From assembly GCA_051362555.1 (NCBI GenBank), contig CM120645.1, forward strand, positions 16,740,001-16,804,000: a DNA stretch of 64,000 bases. Direction: 5' to 3'. Of the stretch, positions 25,332 through 38,300 are shown in pieces. The stretch's first letter is position 1; every line of letters begins with the position of its first letter. The position numbers were made by a program, and so were the translations under genes. Source of the stretch: Lingula anatina (Eukaryota; Animalia; Brachiopoda). The notes under the pieces were generated by a model, which was not told the origin of the DNA, did no database searches, and saw nothing but the letters and a program-made list of their open reading frames with translations.

Positions 25332-26980
25332 GGGGCGGGAGAGGCATGGTTGAAGTTGATCTCGGGAGAATATCACGTTCTTGCTGGTCTTGGACCTCGT
25401 AATGATTGTACAGGCCATATATTTGGCCAGATGATAAGGCAGAGAGTGTTATGGCGTTCAAAAATCTCTACAATAGTATTTGTAACGCAGTACGTATATT
25501 TTGTCAGTTCACAAGAAATTCCGTATGACGTATGTGGCATATGCAGCGATCGCCATCCCAGCAACATTTCATCTGGGAAAATTTGCCTTTCATTAGAGTG
25601 CATTGTAAATGGTGATTGAAGAAGCCAGAAATAAAACCTTAGTTTCAGCTGTTTTTTTTTCAGTTGAGCTCTCATAATTTGCTTGTTTTTCCGTTTTGGA
25701 CCGTGTTTTCATCTCAGACCAACGCCTTGGCTCCAGAAAAAAATTTTTTTTCAAACTAGTTCTCGTCATTTATTCATTTATTTTGGCAGTGCGTTTTGGC
25801 TTGAGGGTTGTGGAATAACCGATAATTGGAATTGACTTTACAAATGAATTATGAATAAAGAGAGTCGGGTCTGTGACGTTTTAACTACTCGTGTAGATAG
25901 AGGTAACTTCACTTGGAAGATATTCATTTTATTTTTTATAACTTTTCTTTTCTTGTTACAAATAAAAGACAAACATATCTTGACATTAACATTTTAACAT
26001 TTCCCTTTTCAGTACAAATGCGGCGAATGCGGAAACTGTCCTTAATTTCAGACACAGAATTAGTGCGTGAGTCGCCAAACCAATTATCTGTTCAGTCGCC
26101 GTCTATTCCACCCCGAGATGGAGCTAGAATACAAGACAAGGCGATCTCAACAAAGAAAACGATAACGACGACAGAAATATTTAACGCTGATGTTCAAAAT
26201 ATGAATTTCACTCTTGTCACAGGCAGTGACAATGTTTACTTTGATGGACTCGTTAATCTAGTGGGCTCTGTCCACTATTGGGAATCTCGTAGGAATATTG
26301 TTGTGTACAATTTGGGATTATCTGAAACACAGATTCAGAGAGTTAAGAGCTGGTGCCGAACGAAGTTAGTGAACTTTCATTTAGACTCGCCTCGATACCC
26401 AGAACATGTGTCGTATTTGAAAAAATTTGCGTGGAAATCGGTGGTGCTGAAAGACGCCGTGGACAGATTTGGAAAAATCTTGTGGATCGACGCAGGATGT
26501 GATGTCAGAGGACCTATGTCAAAAATAGACGACTATCTGAAACAAGATGGACATTTCTTCGTTCAGGGACAAGACGTGGATATGACTCGTCTAACTCATT
26601 TCAATATGTTCCGATATTTCAATGAAACAATGTCAAAGTTTAAAGGGAAGTATTCATTTGCCGGCGGTATAAGTGGATGGGTGAAAGGCAGTAAAGCATA
26701 TCGCAGGATTCTGCCGCGCTGGATCCAGTGTTCCATGGACGTGACGTGCATATCGCCACTAGGGGCGGGGCTCGCCAATCACCGGTATGACCAGTCGGCC
26801 CTTTCCGTCATAGCTTATACTTCGGGTGTGAACATCACGGCTCACACGGAGCTTTTGGCTGCGACGCGATCTCAGTTGCACCCAGATGCCAAGAAACCGA
26901 GCCCTCAAGTAATATACACAGCTAGGCGTGGCAGTTCAGACTACGCAGCATATGTGTGTGAAAGGGATGGTGCATCATAG
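24488..26980 (+). CDS. DUF1647-like type II membrane protein, paralog 2; join 24488..24590, 26013..26980; 356 aa
   Basis: Exon 1 MRRRWCRVATTYLVVFVGFNLLILWSV (TM), donor G|GTGAGG, acceptor CTTTTCAG, phase 1 join. Motifs LVTGS, VVYNLGL, FAWK, WIDAG, HRYDQS; same exon layout as paralog 1. Confidence 0.85.
24598..24656. repeat. (ATT)n microsatellite just after a splice donor
   Basis: Direct reading; explains the poly-Ile ORFs. Confidence 0.95.
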
Positions 26981-28229
26981 AAGTTTAACTGCTGAAGGCG
27001 CGTTCAAACCTGTTCGGGTCTTCGATGACGTCAGCAAACGTTAATCGCTTCTCCAGTGAGACAAGAGCTTTAACCACACTTGTTAAGTTAAGGGGTTGTG
27101 ACTCGTTACGTCTCGAAAGAAAGTTGCTATGTGCAAAGAGCGGTCTAGTGCGAGCTCCCACTAGGGATGCTCTGTTACTGACTGATAAATGTATCGCGTC
27201 GCATGGTGATGCCATCAAAAACCTCATTAGTTTAATTCATAACCTGCGTCTAAACACATGGCCAGCGTTAAGGAATACGAGAAAAACGCTCGACAAATTA
27301 TTTACACAGTCGATATTGTTAATAAATTTTACAAATGAATCGACGTGGTATGGTGCAATCTTTTTTTTTTTTTTTTTGCTGTTGGTTGTTTTTGTTTTGT
27401 TTATAAATCTCTATTTGTTTGAATAAAGAGGTGCATATGAATCAGACATGGTCAGTTTGCCAAAATGTATTATATAATTTCCGAAGGCTATACGGACAAA
27501 AATAAAATAAGATTTTTAAAAAAGTCGGGAACAGGAAATTAGCTTTCGAATGTATCCATCAGAACTCGGCGTGACCTTTCTATTCATTGTTATTGCCAGT
27601 TCTTAGAAGATACTTCATTTCAATAACCTTGATATCCATGTTGTTGCGCTGTATAGAAATTACAGCTCAAAATTACGACGCAGGTCTTTGTGTCTCTTTT
27701 TACTTTAGAAAGTATATTTGCTGCTAAGCCTTTGGAACAGCATCCAACAAATCCATTTATTTATGTTGAAAGTTAATAAAAAGGGTGACAAAAACATGAA
27801 ATTCGGCACTTTTCTTATCAGTTTTTATTCAGTTCAACATACATAGTCACTGAACCTTGATGGAGCAATAATATTGGAATTGTTTTTTATGTAGCTAATC
27901 GATAAAATCATTAATTTATTGATATTCGGTTGATATTGTTTGCAATATATTCAACGGGGTTCGAATGCTTGGGTGCTTAGAAGTTGTTAAAATGCTTTAT
28001 AAAAAGGACGGTAAGAATTTCTATTTGGTTCATATAAGCAGAAAGTCTACCAGAGGAAGGTGGGTGGGGACAGTTAGGGGAATAGGTATCGCGCTTGCCT
28101 TACAGTTGGGAGGTTGCTGCTTCGAATTCTGGTGCTCCTGGGTCCCAGCCATTTACCTTTTGCAAAAATTTTCCAAATGAATAGTTGCATCCACTACAAG
28201 ACGATCCTCCAAACAATTCTAGTATCCTC

Positions 28230-28297
28230 GAGTCTGTAGCTCAGTCGGTAAGACGACAAACTAGATGACGGAAGGGCAGAAGTTCGAAGCGAGCTGA
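28230..28297 (+). mobile_element. tRNA-derived SINE head or tRNA pseudogene
   Basis: A box TAGCTCAGTCGG (28237) and B box GTTCGAAGC (28282) at tRNA-like spacing; no good acceptor or anticodon stem. Confidence 0.45.
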
Positions 28298-28918
28298 TGA
28301 AGGATTTCCAAAAAATTATAGAATAAGATTTATTTTATTGCTTTCCAAGTAAATTGAGGTAAAATAAATACAACAAACACACTTCCACAAAAATATGATA
28401 AACTTACCCTTGCATTATTTTTTAAATAGCAATTTCCATAAAAACATCGAATTTGGAATAGCAAGTGCAATAATTACAGTACAATAATGATAGAAAGGCC
28501 AGCATACGTAAATTAAACATGTCGAATGTTCTTTGCAATTCGAAATTTGTTGCTGAAACGACTGATTCAACTGTTAAATTATGAAAAGAAAACAAAGGGA
28601 TACCACAACGCAAATAATACTTAGTAAAATATAAAATGACCACATCATACTGATGCCTGCCGACAAAGCCAAAAAAAAAGACTCAAAATGATTCATTTTG
28701 TAAGATTCATGGTCGTTTTGCTCATCGATGAATCTAGCAAGATATTCATAGATTCGTGTTTCTCACAGTAAATTCTAAAATATCTGATGTCACCTTTTTG
28801 GAGTGAAAATAAATTTTCAACCCCGTGGAACAGTAACAACATGAAGACAGCCAGTTTAAAAATTTAGCCAATTATTTAAAAAATAGACAAACAAAATAGA
28901 AAAGTATACGCAAATAGC

Positions 28919-28970
<52 letters not shown>
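28919..28970. repeat. (AAT)n microsatellite
   Basis: Direct reading. Confidence 0.95.
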
Positions 28971-28972
<2 letters not shown>

Positions 28973-30305
28973 TAAATACATTCGTCCAGAAAATACCAAT
29001 AAACTCAACTCTGGTCTATGGTGTTTAGTGACTGAGTCACGCCAGTACAAATAAACCAAAAGAACTGCAGGCCAGTCATCCAAACCATGTCTTTTTACCT
29101 CAACGACCCTTGACTCCGACCCTAAAACTGAACTGGGAAAGTTCTGGTCACATAACCAACCTTTAATATAAAGCCGTTCTATAAAATGTGGTCAAACATC
29201 CGTCTTGGACACATCCAACAAGTCACAAAGGTATAATATTATATTTTGGATTGAGTAACGAATTTTCATGTTTGTTTAGGAAACAAAAAAGTGCCAAAAA
29301 TTAATGTAAAAATTTAAAGATATTTTGTTAAATTTGGAAGTAACTGGTCAAACGGTAGGAATTTTAATATATAAGGGTTCCAAATAAACGTTAATCCATT
29401 TTTGAACATTCTGTTAATGCATTTCTTTAACATTTTCGTATAAAATTTTTTTCATAGTTATTTAAACAAAATTGACAAAAGTCCTAAAATGTGAGGAGTT
29501 ATTATAAATGCTAGTCCTAGATAAACCTATTAATTATGCGCAGCATAGGCTGCCTTACTGCAATAACAAATACATATCAATTTAGGGGAGAATCTCTGTA
29601 CCTCATTTTAGTTTGATTTTTGTAATACACAAAAAATTTGGCCCCCACCCCTCCTCAGCAAAAAATAAATAAAGAAAGGAAGAAATAAAATAAAAAATAA
29701 TGAAAATAAAATTAATTAATTAATAAAATATGGGTCTGAGACACGCAATATCAAAACACCGTGACCATAGGAAGTTTATTCTTAACATATACTGCAATTG
29801 CATATTCACACTAATTTCAGTGCGTGCGGGCAATACTGCAATAACGTGGGCGCATTTTATTAGTTTCATAATGCTGTAATTTCTGAAGTGTTATTACTTA
29901 GATTACAGTGTTTTCAAGTTATTGTAGCCTAATCCCTTGCATCTTGTGTTCTTCTTCAACTAAACACACAATAGCTATATCTCGAAAAAGTTTCCTGCAT
30001 GCATTTCGCTGAATGGAGTTGGGCAAACTTTCTTTCATTCCAAAGTTTTAATACACCCAAATAAAAATTTGAATATCCCTACCTCAGAGCTAAGTGTCTA
30101 GTTGGAAATTTGCTCAAACAGAAAGCTAGTCCTACGCACTGTGCTAGCGCAATACTCTACCTGAACAGTACATAATAATACATTTATAATGATCACTTTT
30201 TATTTTCGCTCTCTTACATCATTTAAGCAAGTCACTTTTTTGGAATAAGATAATTCCTTTAAAGAAGAGTGGCAAAATTCTTGTGGAGAATTGACGTATA
30301 ACCAC

Positions 30306-30534
30306 ACTAGAAAAGCACTCCGAGAGCGCAGACTTCCGCCAAGGCAGCAATTTTGATTATTATTGATTATTGATCCGGATCACCACCAAAAACTATTCAT
30401 CTCTTCCTTGGCCCACTTCTGACAGTTCCTGAATATTTCATCAAAATCGGTCCATAACTTTTTGAGTTATGTTGATGACAGACAAACAGAAAAACAAACA
30501 GGGGTGAAAACATAACCTCCTTGGCGGAGGTAAT
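30306..30534. mobile_element. Non-autonomous Helentron/HINE-like element
   Basis: ACTAGAAAAGCACTC...CTTCCGCCAAGG at one end; complementary hairpin ACCTCCTTGGCGGAGGT at the other; GACA-type microsatellite before it; related fragment at ~9840-9940. Confidence 0.65.
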
Positions 30535-33500
30535 AAAAAACTCCTAGGCGGCTAGAGAGTAGTATTAAACCAAAGACAGGCAGGGTTGACGCTTAGTATG
30601 GATGGGCACATTTCTTTCTTTTTTCTTACTCTATTCAAAAAGCTCGTTACGTCCGACTTTTCATTCATTTCACGTTTTGATGCAGAGTTATACAACCCAA
30701 GCAAGCATGCTGCTCCATATTAAATGTCAACCATGCGAACTGAACATCAGACAAACTTCGACGAAAAGGCTATTCTCGGGGGAACCTGCGAAGCAAACGG
30801 TTTTACCACCGTCTTCCCACGATTATAGTTTTGCCGCTGTTACTACACGTGTAACGTATTTCCGCAGCATTCCTTTTCACGCTATAGAAGCTGCCTTTAT
30901 GATTTTTCATTTGCACGTAAGAGAAAGCGCGTTTGAAAGAGTTGAGAATTGATTGGTTTTTAATTAATTATATGAATTACAAAGAACGTGATAAGGATGC
31001 TATACTGTAAGTTTTAAATGACATTAAATGGAGATAGTTAGCTTTCAACTGTTCGTTCAGGAGTTTGCGAATTTGCATAACTGATATTCTAAATAAAAGT
31101 CAAAATCTATCAACTGTTAACGTGCTGTAATGACTTTTAATCGGGTTGCGGGGAAAATAATTAGACGTGCGGAACAACGGCATTGCTCACAATCGCGTGC
31201 GATACTCAGGCGGGCCCGATCTTGAAGTGGATGCAGACGACGCCGAACATAAGTCTGATGTCTTTGACGGAGGATGCATCCAATGCCATCGTAAGGGTCA
31301 CTGAAATAAAAGAAAAAATTACTTTCACAAAGTTATGCCTTGGAATTTAATATAATCATTCCAGCAACCCCTTACGGTATATATGCATTTTATAGGGGTT
31401 ATAACAAAGCATTATTCGTTATTCAATTATGCGACATAATATACATTGAACCAACACGTTCTATATATATATATGCAATCATGCACTTTACAACAAAATC
31501 AGTTGTACTCCTTTCATAACTCGTGCACTGAATGAGAATTACAGAAGGATAGGCGCTCCGATCACGCAGATATTCATGGAAGTGAAATCCTATATATGAA
31601 GGCGTTTGACGGAACAGTCTGTTTACGAATGTTTACATGATTTCGTACATGGAAAAAAGCACGAAATAATTGTTGTCAGTTTTAGTTTAATTAAAAAGTG
31701 CATTTTTGATTCTAGGAAAAAAAAAACAATTCGCTGTCGTCAACAATAAAAAGGGTACTCGTGAAGAGCTGCCAATGAAGTTACCTGTCGAGTTGTCTAA
31801 GACAGAAACGGCTTCCCGACGTTCAGACAGCAGGTAGAAGCTCCATACGTCTTTATTATTGGCGTATGCGTTTCGTATGAAATATCAAACGCAAAGGAAC
31901 ACATTTTACTCATTTTGGGCTTTCATGTGAAAGTAGCGTTCACATCGGTACATTATCTCCATTGCCATTATCCCTAAAATGAGAAATGCACCAACATGGG
32001 GCAAATATTGTTAACACGACATGAGCAATATCTTAAATCATCTATACAGTACTTACAACAGATCGCTGCCATTTTTAGTGCAGTTCTTTTAGAATGCATG
32101 TGGTCATTGAAAGAATATAACACGAGGCTTCTTCCTCCTCCATCCATGGCTGACCATGCCGTTTCTGAACACATCTCACCAAAATGCCCACCCGATTTAC
32201 ATAACGATGTACATTTTACCCACCCTCCGTACGAAAGCCTCGATTGAAATATAAGTCTTTGTGATGTGTTAAGGCACAGTGAGCTCCTAGGCGATTCGAG
32301 TTTGCTGGAAAATCACATTTTATCAGTCACTTTGTTTGATATCAAATAACTAAGCTTAGAAATCAGATTTCACAGGACGAATGAATGAAACGAATAAAAT
32401 TGCTGGCGTGGCATTGTGTTAGAGAAGACAAGTTGTGACAAATTATGACATGTGAAATTTATCGTTACTTAGTTGTGCTCAAATACCATCTTGCAAAGTA
32501 GAAGAAATTAAATATCATGTTTTTTTAAACTTTAAGGACTATATATCGGATAAAAACATATTAAGAACTTTAATATGTAACTTTTCAAAAACAAGCAACT
32601 ATAAATGCACGATATTTAACTTAATAGCACTTAACGGTATTGCCTTTGGCGCAGAAAAGTTTAATCTAAATAGCTTTTAGTAATAGTCCTGTGAAATTCA
32701 ATGCAAAAATGCATATCCAAACAAGCATTACCGGATTGATAGCTGTGAAGTGTTCTGGATGATGACAATTTAAAGACTGTTGCAGCATCATTTCAGTTGA
32801 TAATCACGCAAATCCCCTTACCATAACAGATATCCTATCCGGGATTTTTCCACCACATCGATTTTTTTCTCGGAAAAAAAAGCAGCACAGCTATCAATGC
32901 ACTTATATTTGATTTTTTATATCAATCCAATGTAATGATTTAGTTTTAAATGTCTGACAAGATGATAAGACTTTCATGTCCTTCCGTACATCAGTAGGAA
33001 ATGTCGACATGGTACTGCTATGAAGGGTTTTATCGTTTTTAAAATATGAATAAGGAAAGATGCGGGATATGTATTTTGAGGAAATACGATTTTTGGACAA
33101 TTTTAAATGCGCCTATTATTCTATAAGGTCTCATAAGAATATATTCAACAATGCCTTTATTCATAGAGAATCTTGCTATTGTTCTCGATTCAAAGTTTTA
33201 TCCGAAGTAGCATCACTGTGGCTTTTCCAGTGGAGGAAATGTACGGTAGTGGCAGTCTCAATGAATTCAATGAAATTTCTTTCAGAAGTCTGTTAAGGTA
33301 AATTCCTTAAAGAGGTCAAGGTACGCTTCATTATAGAAAAGTGACCGAGAGCATTACGCGGTAGAGCAGTGGAAGACCGCTTTTCTGAGATGGGGATTAA
33401 AGTTGCTTCATTCTAGCATTGCGTTTTTGAACTATGATTTTGCAATTGGTCACCGACGAGATGTTATACGGGCTACAGAGTAAAAATTCGCCAAGAAAAC

Positions 33501-33628
33501 CGTACACAACTTAATCGCACGACACGCGGGGTAAAATGTTACCAGTCTAAATATTGTCGTTTCCAGTGGCCTAAGCCACAGTGTAGGGAACACGATTCAA
33601 GAACAAGTTTTCTTAATTTTTTAGACAA

Positions 33629-33634
33629 TTTATT
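33629..33634 (-). promoter_or_regulatory. Candidate polyadenylation signal of CELSR (AATAAA)
   Basis: AATAAA on the minus strand ~1.7 kb past the stop, at the end of a U-rich UTR-like tract. Confidence 0.4.
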
Positions 33635-35358
33635 TAGCATTTTATCAGTTGTGATCTTTTACTAGAAAACAATTGTTAGCACACATTCAAAAGCTCTTCA
33701 ACACCAAAAGCTTCACTGTTATTAACAAAACTCTATGCTTTGTATCACAGACAATGTGGTACAACTACTACTCAAGCACGTGCTGGTGGCACAACTAATT
33801 GTCCTGAAGATGGCGCCACCATAAAATGAGACTGCCAAATATAGGTGACATTAATATGCACAACAAAACTACTGTGTATGTGACTTCTTAGAAAGAGCCG
33901 ACACCTGAATATTTACTGTAAGAGTAATTCTTGGAAGGAAATAGGGTGTGATATGACAACAAATGTTCCAATGTAAACAAAATACCTAAAAAACTGACCC
34001 TAATACTGAAATATCATTCAGCATTTTAAATGTACTGATCATTTTTCATCCCCTATCTTGGACCCATTATAAAATACTAAAATGCGGATCCATACATCAT
34101 ACAAGCAAGGATGTAACTGAGTCAGAATAATGTACTAAAATCAAGGACACCCCTCACATCCCTGACAATCTATCAAAACTGATGACAAACCAAAATATTC
34201 CTTTAGAAGGATATCATCCAATAACCTGTTTGTCATAGACAAAAAATATATTAAAAACAGAGATGTGTGCACATTCAGCAGCAATGTTAATATTCTTAAG
34301 AAGAGATCAATTTCAGGTTCCAATAAAACTCTACTTTAAGTGCTAATAATATAAACTAAAAATATCTGTTAACCTTTAGGTTGAAACTGGGGGCAAAATG
34401 ATCTTTGCAATAAATGCAATAAAACTACACAATATTCTGTTAACCCAATTTTGAGTCATATTCATTTATCTTACAAGGATTCTTTAAAAAAAATTAAAGC
34501 AATGACTTAAATTTCCATTGTCACAAGAGATATAAAAAAACCTACTTTAAAACATTACACAAGCGTAAAAATTATGAATCCCCTAAGAAGTAAAACATTT
34601 ACAAAATTACCAATCAGCACTAATTCAATAATATAATTGTGAAAATGTGCTAGTGATTTTTTCCACACTCTGCCTTTGCAGCGTAAAGCATTTCATTCAA
34701 AATTCACAGAGTCCAATCACAACCATTTACAACATATACAGATACATTAACGAGGGCCTTGAAAGTTGCTGACATTATAAACATCTATGCAAATAAAATT
34801 TGCACTTACAAATATCTTTTTACAAAATATACAAAATGTCACCATAGCAACATACTTCATATTTCCATGTCAAATTGCAAAACACTATATGACCTATGCT
34901 CTTTTTTCAAACAACATTGCTGGTTCCTTTAGATTCAAGTCTATTCCAGTACAAAAGGCACTCCAAGGATATAATACTTGAACTAAAAGTCTGATTATCT
35001 TAAGCTGGAAAGTATTTTTCTGTTTTGTAGATTTTAAGAAAAAAAAAACAAATGATAAAAAAAGTTACTTAAAAGAGAAAAAAATAAAACGTTATATTGT
35101 TTTCCCTAATAAACTGCACCTCATATGCACCGCAATGAAATGGCAAGCATTTTTCAAATTCTCTGCATAAAAAAATGCCATGTCTAAATGGCAGAAATAA
35201 ATGCAATCAGAAAATACAGCCATGAGACATGACTTCATAAATAACATTTACATTCACAGAATATTTACACATGCTACAAATACATCTTCAACACTAAGTC
35301 ACATGGTCCTATAAGGCAGATTCTGATTGGATCGTCTTGGTGACCTTGACCTTGAATG

Positions 35359-35377
35359 TCATACTTCTGTTTCATGA
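35359..35377 (-). CDS. CELSR: CELSR terminal coding exon (D)HETEV-stop
   Basis: TATTTCAG|T CAT GAA ACA GAA GTA TGA; phase 2 matches donor GA|GTAAGT at 35962. Confidence 0.75.
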
Positions 35378-38300
35378 CTGAAATACATAGAAAAAAATAT
35401 AGGATTAAAAATATACTTAATAAAAACATCCAAGTTAAGTAAAGAAAAATCTCCAAATGACAAAGATTCTGCTAACAAGTATTTTTTCGAAAAACACTCC
35501 TCCAAATTTTTTTCTGATACCTAGATGCAGTAGGGCTCCAATATCCATTGTACTTAACAAGAGAGTCAAAGGAAAAAATCAAGAATGATTTTCCTTCTCC
35601 ATCTAAATATCTGACACTTAAGGGCGTAGAACAAAAGACTCGGCCGTGCTGTATTCGACATACAAGCACGTCATGTACGAGTGCGTTCCACGGTCTGTTG
35701 CACTACTAGTGTAGTAGCCAATCAGAGGCCGTGGTTTAAGCCAGATACAACACTCGTCGCCGAGCTGTACATGAAAATTACTCGTGTATTGTCTCGCCTG
35801 CGGCTTGCCAATACACTCGTAATATTTCACGTACAGCTCGGCGACTCATATTGTATCTATCACATAAAAAAGGGAGGTGGAAGGACATGCTCTGTTCACT
35901 CCTGCTCCATTAGTTTTCTAGCTTTCAAACTCTTTTCCCCTTTCTCCAATCCACTACTTACTCTTCCTCCTCTGTGTCTGAAGATATGCTGCCATTATGT
36001 GTGAGGACCTGTACTGCAACCCTGTCCCGCAGGTGCTGTGGTTTAGATGGGGGACCATCATGGACTCCATTTGGGGGCAGGCTGTCACTTCTCTCTGGAG
36101 GGACTATGTAAGCTTTGTTATCTGAATAAGAAGTTTTTTCCCAATTAAAACAGTATAATCCATGGATTTTGTGTATTATCAGGAAATTAAAATGGTACAT
36201 TTAACTATATTTCTTCTGTGCATGTATCTAAATATCACTGAGGGATTATACTATTTTATTTTTAAGTAAAAAATGATATAAGTAATACTCAAGGAAAATA
36301 AAAAATTTCAAATTAAATTGTCATTGTATTATGGACTATCATTTGGAAATATAATCTTTTCATAGCTGAAGGTTCCATTTTTTTTAACAAAGAACAATAA
36401 TTTCACCTTCTTCATATATAGGAGGGATTTTTTCCACACTGGACCTTATATCTGGGAGTTTGACTACATTGGGGTACTTCATGTCATTGTCATAAAGCGG
36501 AGACTTTCTATGGTTGTTCATGTTAACAGGGGAATGAATGGGAGAGCGCGTAGGAGACCGTGATGTCGGAGAGTTGCGCCCTGGAAAAAAAATCAACCAT
36601 TATATACAGATAGAAAAAAATCATTAAATAGATTTTGTAAATGAAACAAATTGTCTGTTTTAAACCTCTGGGTCTAGTCTGTAACTTACAAAGGTATACG
36701 AGCTTGAAACAGAGGAAGATAAATTTCTGTAGTGCTACTTACCAACTGGCGTACTGTGAGCAGGACCCTTGGGAGTCTGAGACTTGACACGTTCTAAAAT
36801 ACATAGTAAAGTCAAGTGTCAATCTTTTGTCACACTTTTTACAGCACCTCAGTGCTGGTCATTATTGTAAGTCATTGACAATTAATCATTACAAGGTCTT
36901 GTGTACTAAAATTCCAACTCCAAAAATTCACATATTTATAACAATTCTGCATGATAAACATTAGATTGTAGGAAGTTATCTTTTTGCTTCTCATTACATT
37001 TCTACTTCATTCTGTACTACTTATATCCACCTCATCTAATACTTCATTATCCCATGTCATCCAGGACCTTAACCAGAAATCCTTTTCTGTATTGCTTATT
37101 TATACACATCTCACCTAATACTTTATTAGTTGGCTGATCCCAACGAGGACCTTTCTCATATTCATAATCATCGTCATCATCTGAGGAATGACTGGAAGCC
37201 AGTTCCATGTGGTCTCCATTTGACATGTCGCTGTCAGAATCGGAGTCATGTTTGCGGTTGATCTCGCCAGTGTCAGGGTCTGAAATTGAATGATACATAT
37301 TCATTCTTAGTAAATCGAACTGCTCGTTGAATTGGGGGTTTGGTTTTTTTTATATCAATGTCAGATAACAGAAATATTCAAAAATCACCTGAAGAGGTTC
37401 AATTGTCAAATTCTTGAAAATTTTTTTAATTTTTTCAATTAAAATTGTAATTTTTCTGAAAACTGGCATTCACTCATAGAATAGATTTTCATGGTGGAAA
37501 ATGTGGATAACTTTTGCTCAATTGAATTTTCCCAATAAATAAGACAGGAAAAGCATAAATGTATTTGACATAAGCCAGGAAATATGTATCTTTACTCTAT
37601 CTGTCATACAATAAATATGACAACTTTTTTTCCAAAAAACGTCTAAAACCATTAAAAGAATTAACCCTCCAGTTGAATTAACCTTGTGTCCGCAACCACC
37701 CTTTTAATATGATTAAGCAGCATTTTCCTTCACCACATTAAACTGGTTGAGAAATGACATTGTTTGTAGGGATTTTGTGAATAAACACACCATATATTCC
37801 TGGTTGTTCAAACAGTATTAATGAAGCAACAAAGTAACAGTGTAATAGTAGTGGTGTACAAACACCAATATACTAAAACAAAGCAGTAATGTTTCTTCAA
37901 TCAACAGTTAGTAAATTGAAATTCTGGTTAAGCTCCAATATATTCAAATGTTGAGTGACAAATATTACTGCTTCATTATAAGTGTGTAACACAGCTGGTG
38001 AAATGCTATTCTGACCAAGGTTGCTTAAGCCTATAGAGTATTTGGATTTGAAATCTTATCTATGAAATTATGACACTGAAATGACAGTTGGGTTATATTT
38101 TAGCTCTAACTGTCATTTACACTGGCTTAAAAAAGGAGCGAGAGCACCCTATAGCCTTTCTGGTACTGAAATTTGGAAACAAGTGTAAATACCAAAAAGC
38201 CAGATCTGAAAAGACCCCTGCATGTGTGACATCCATGAACATCATTTCACTGACATGTTTTCAAATCCAAAGTTGTCAATTTGCAGTGAGATTAAGAAGG

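Noticed and set aside
28230-28297. Functional tRNA gene
   Set aside because: A and B boxes are present but cloverleaf stems do not pair; better explained as a SINE head or pseudogene.
24442-29083. Poly-Ile, YI-, CV- and ER-repeat ORFs here and at 14998, 20875, 55327, 60015
   Set aside because: Microsatellite translations.
31785-31846. Selenoprotein (ATG...GTC TGA ACG in-frame UGA)
   Set aside because: No similarity to known selenoprotein motifs and no SECIS identified.
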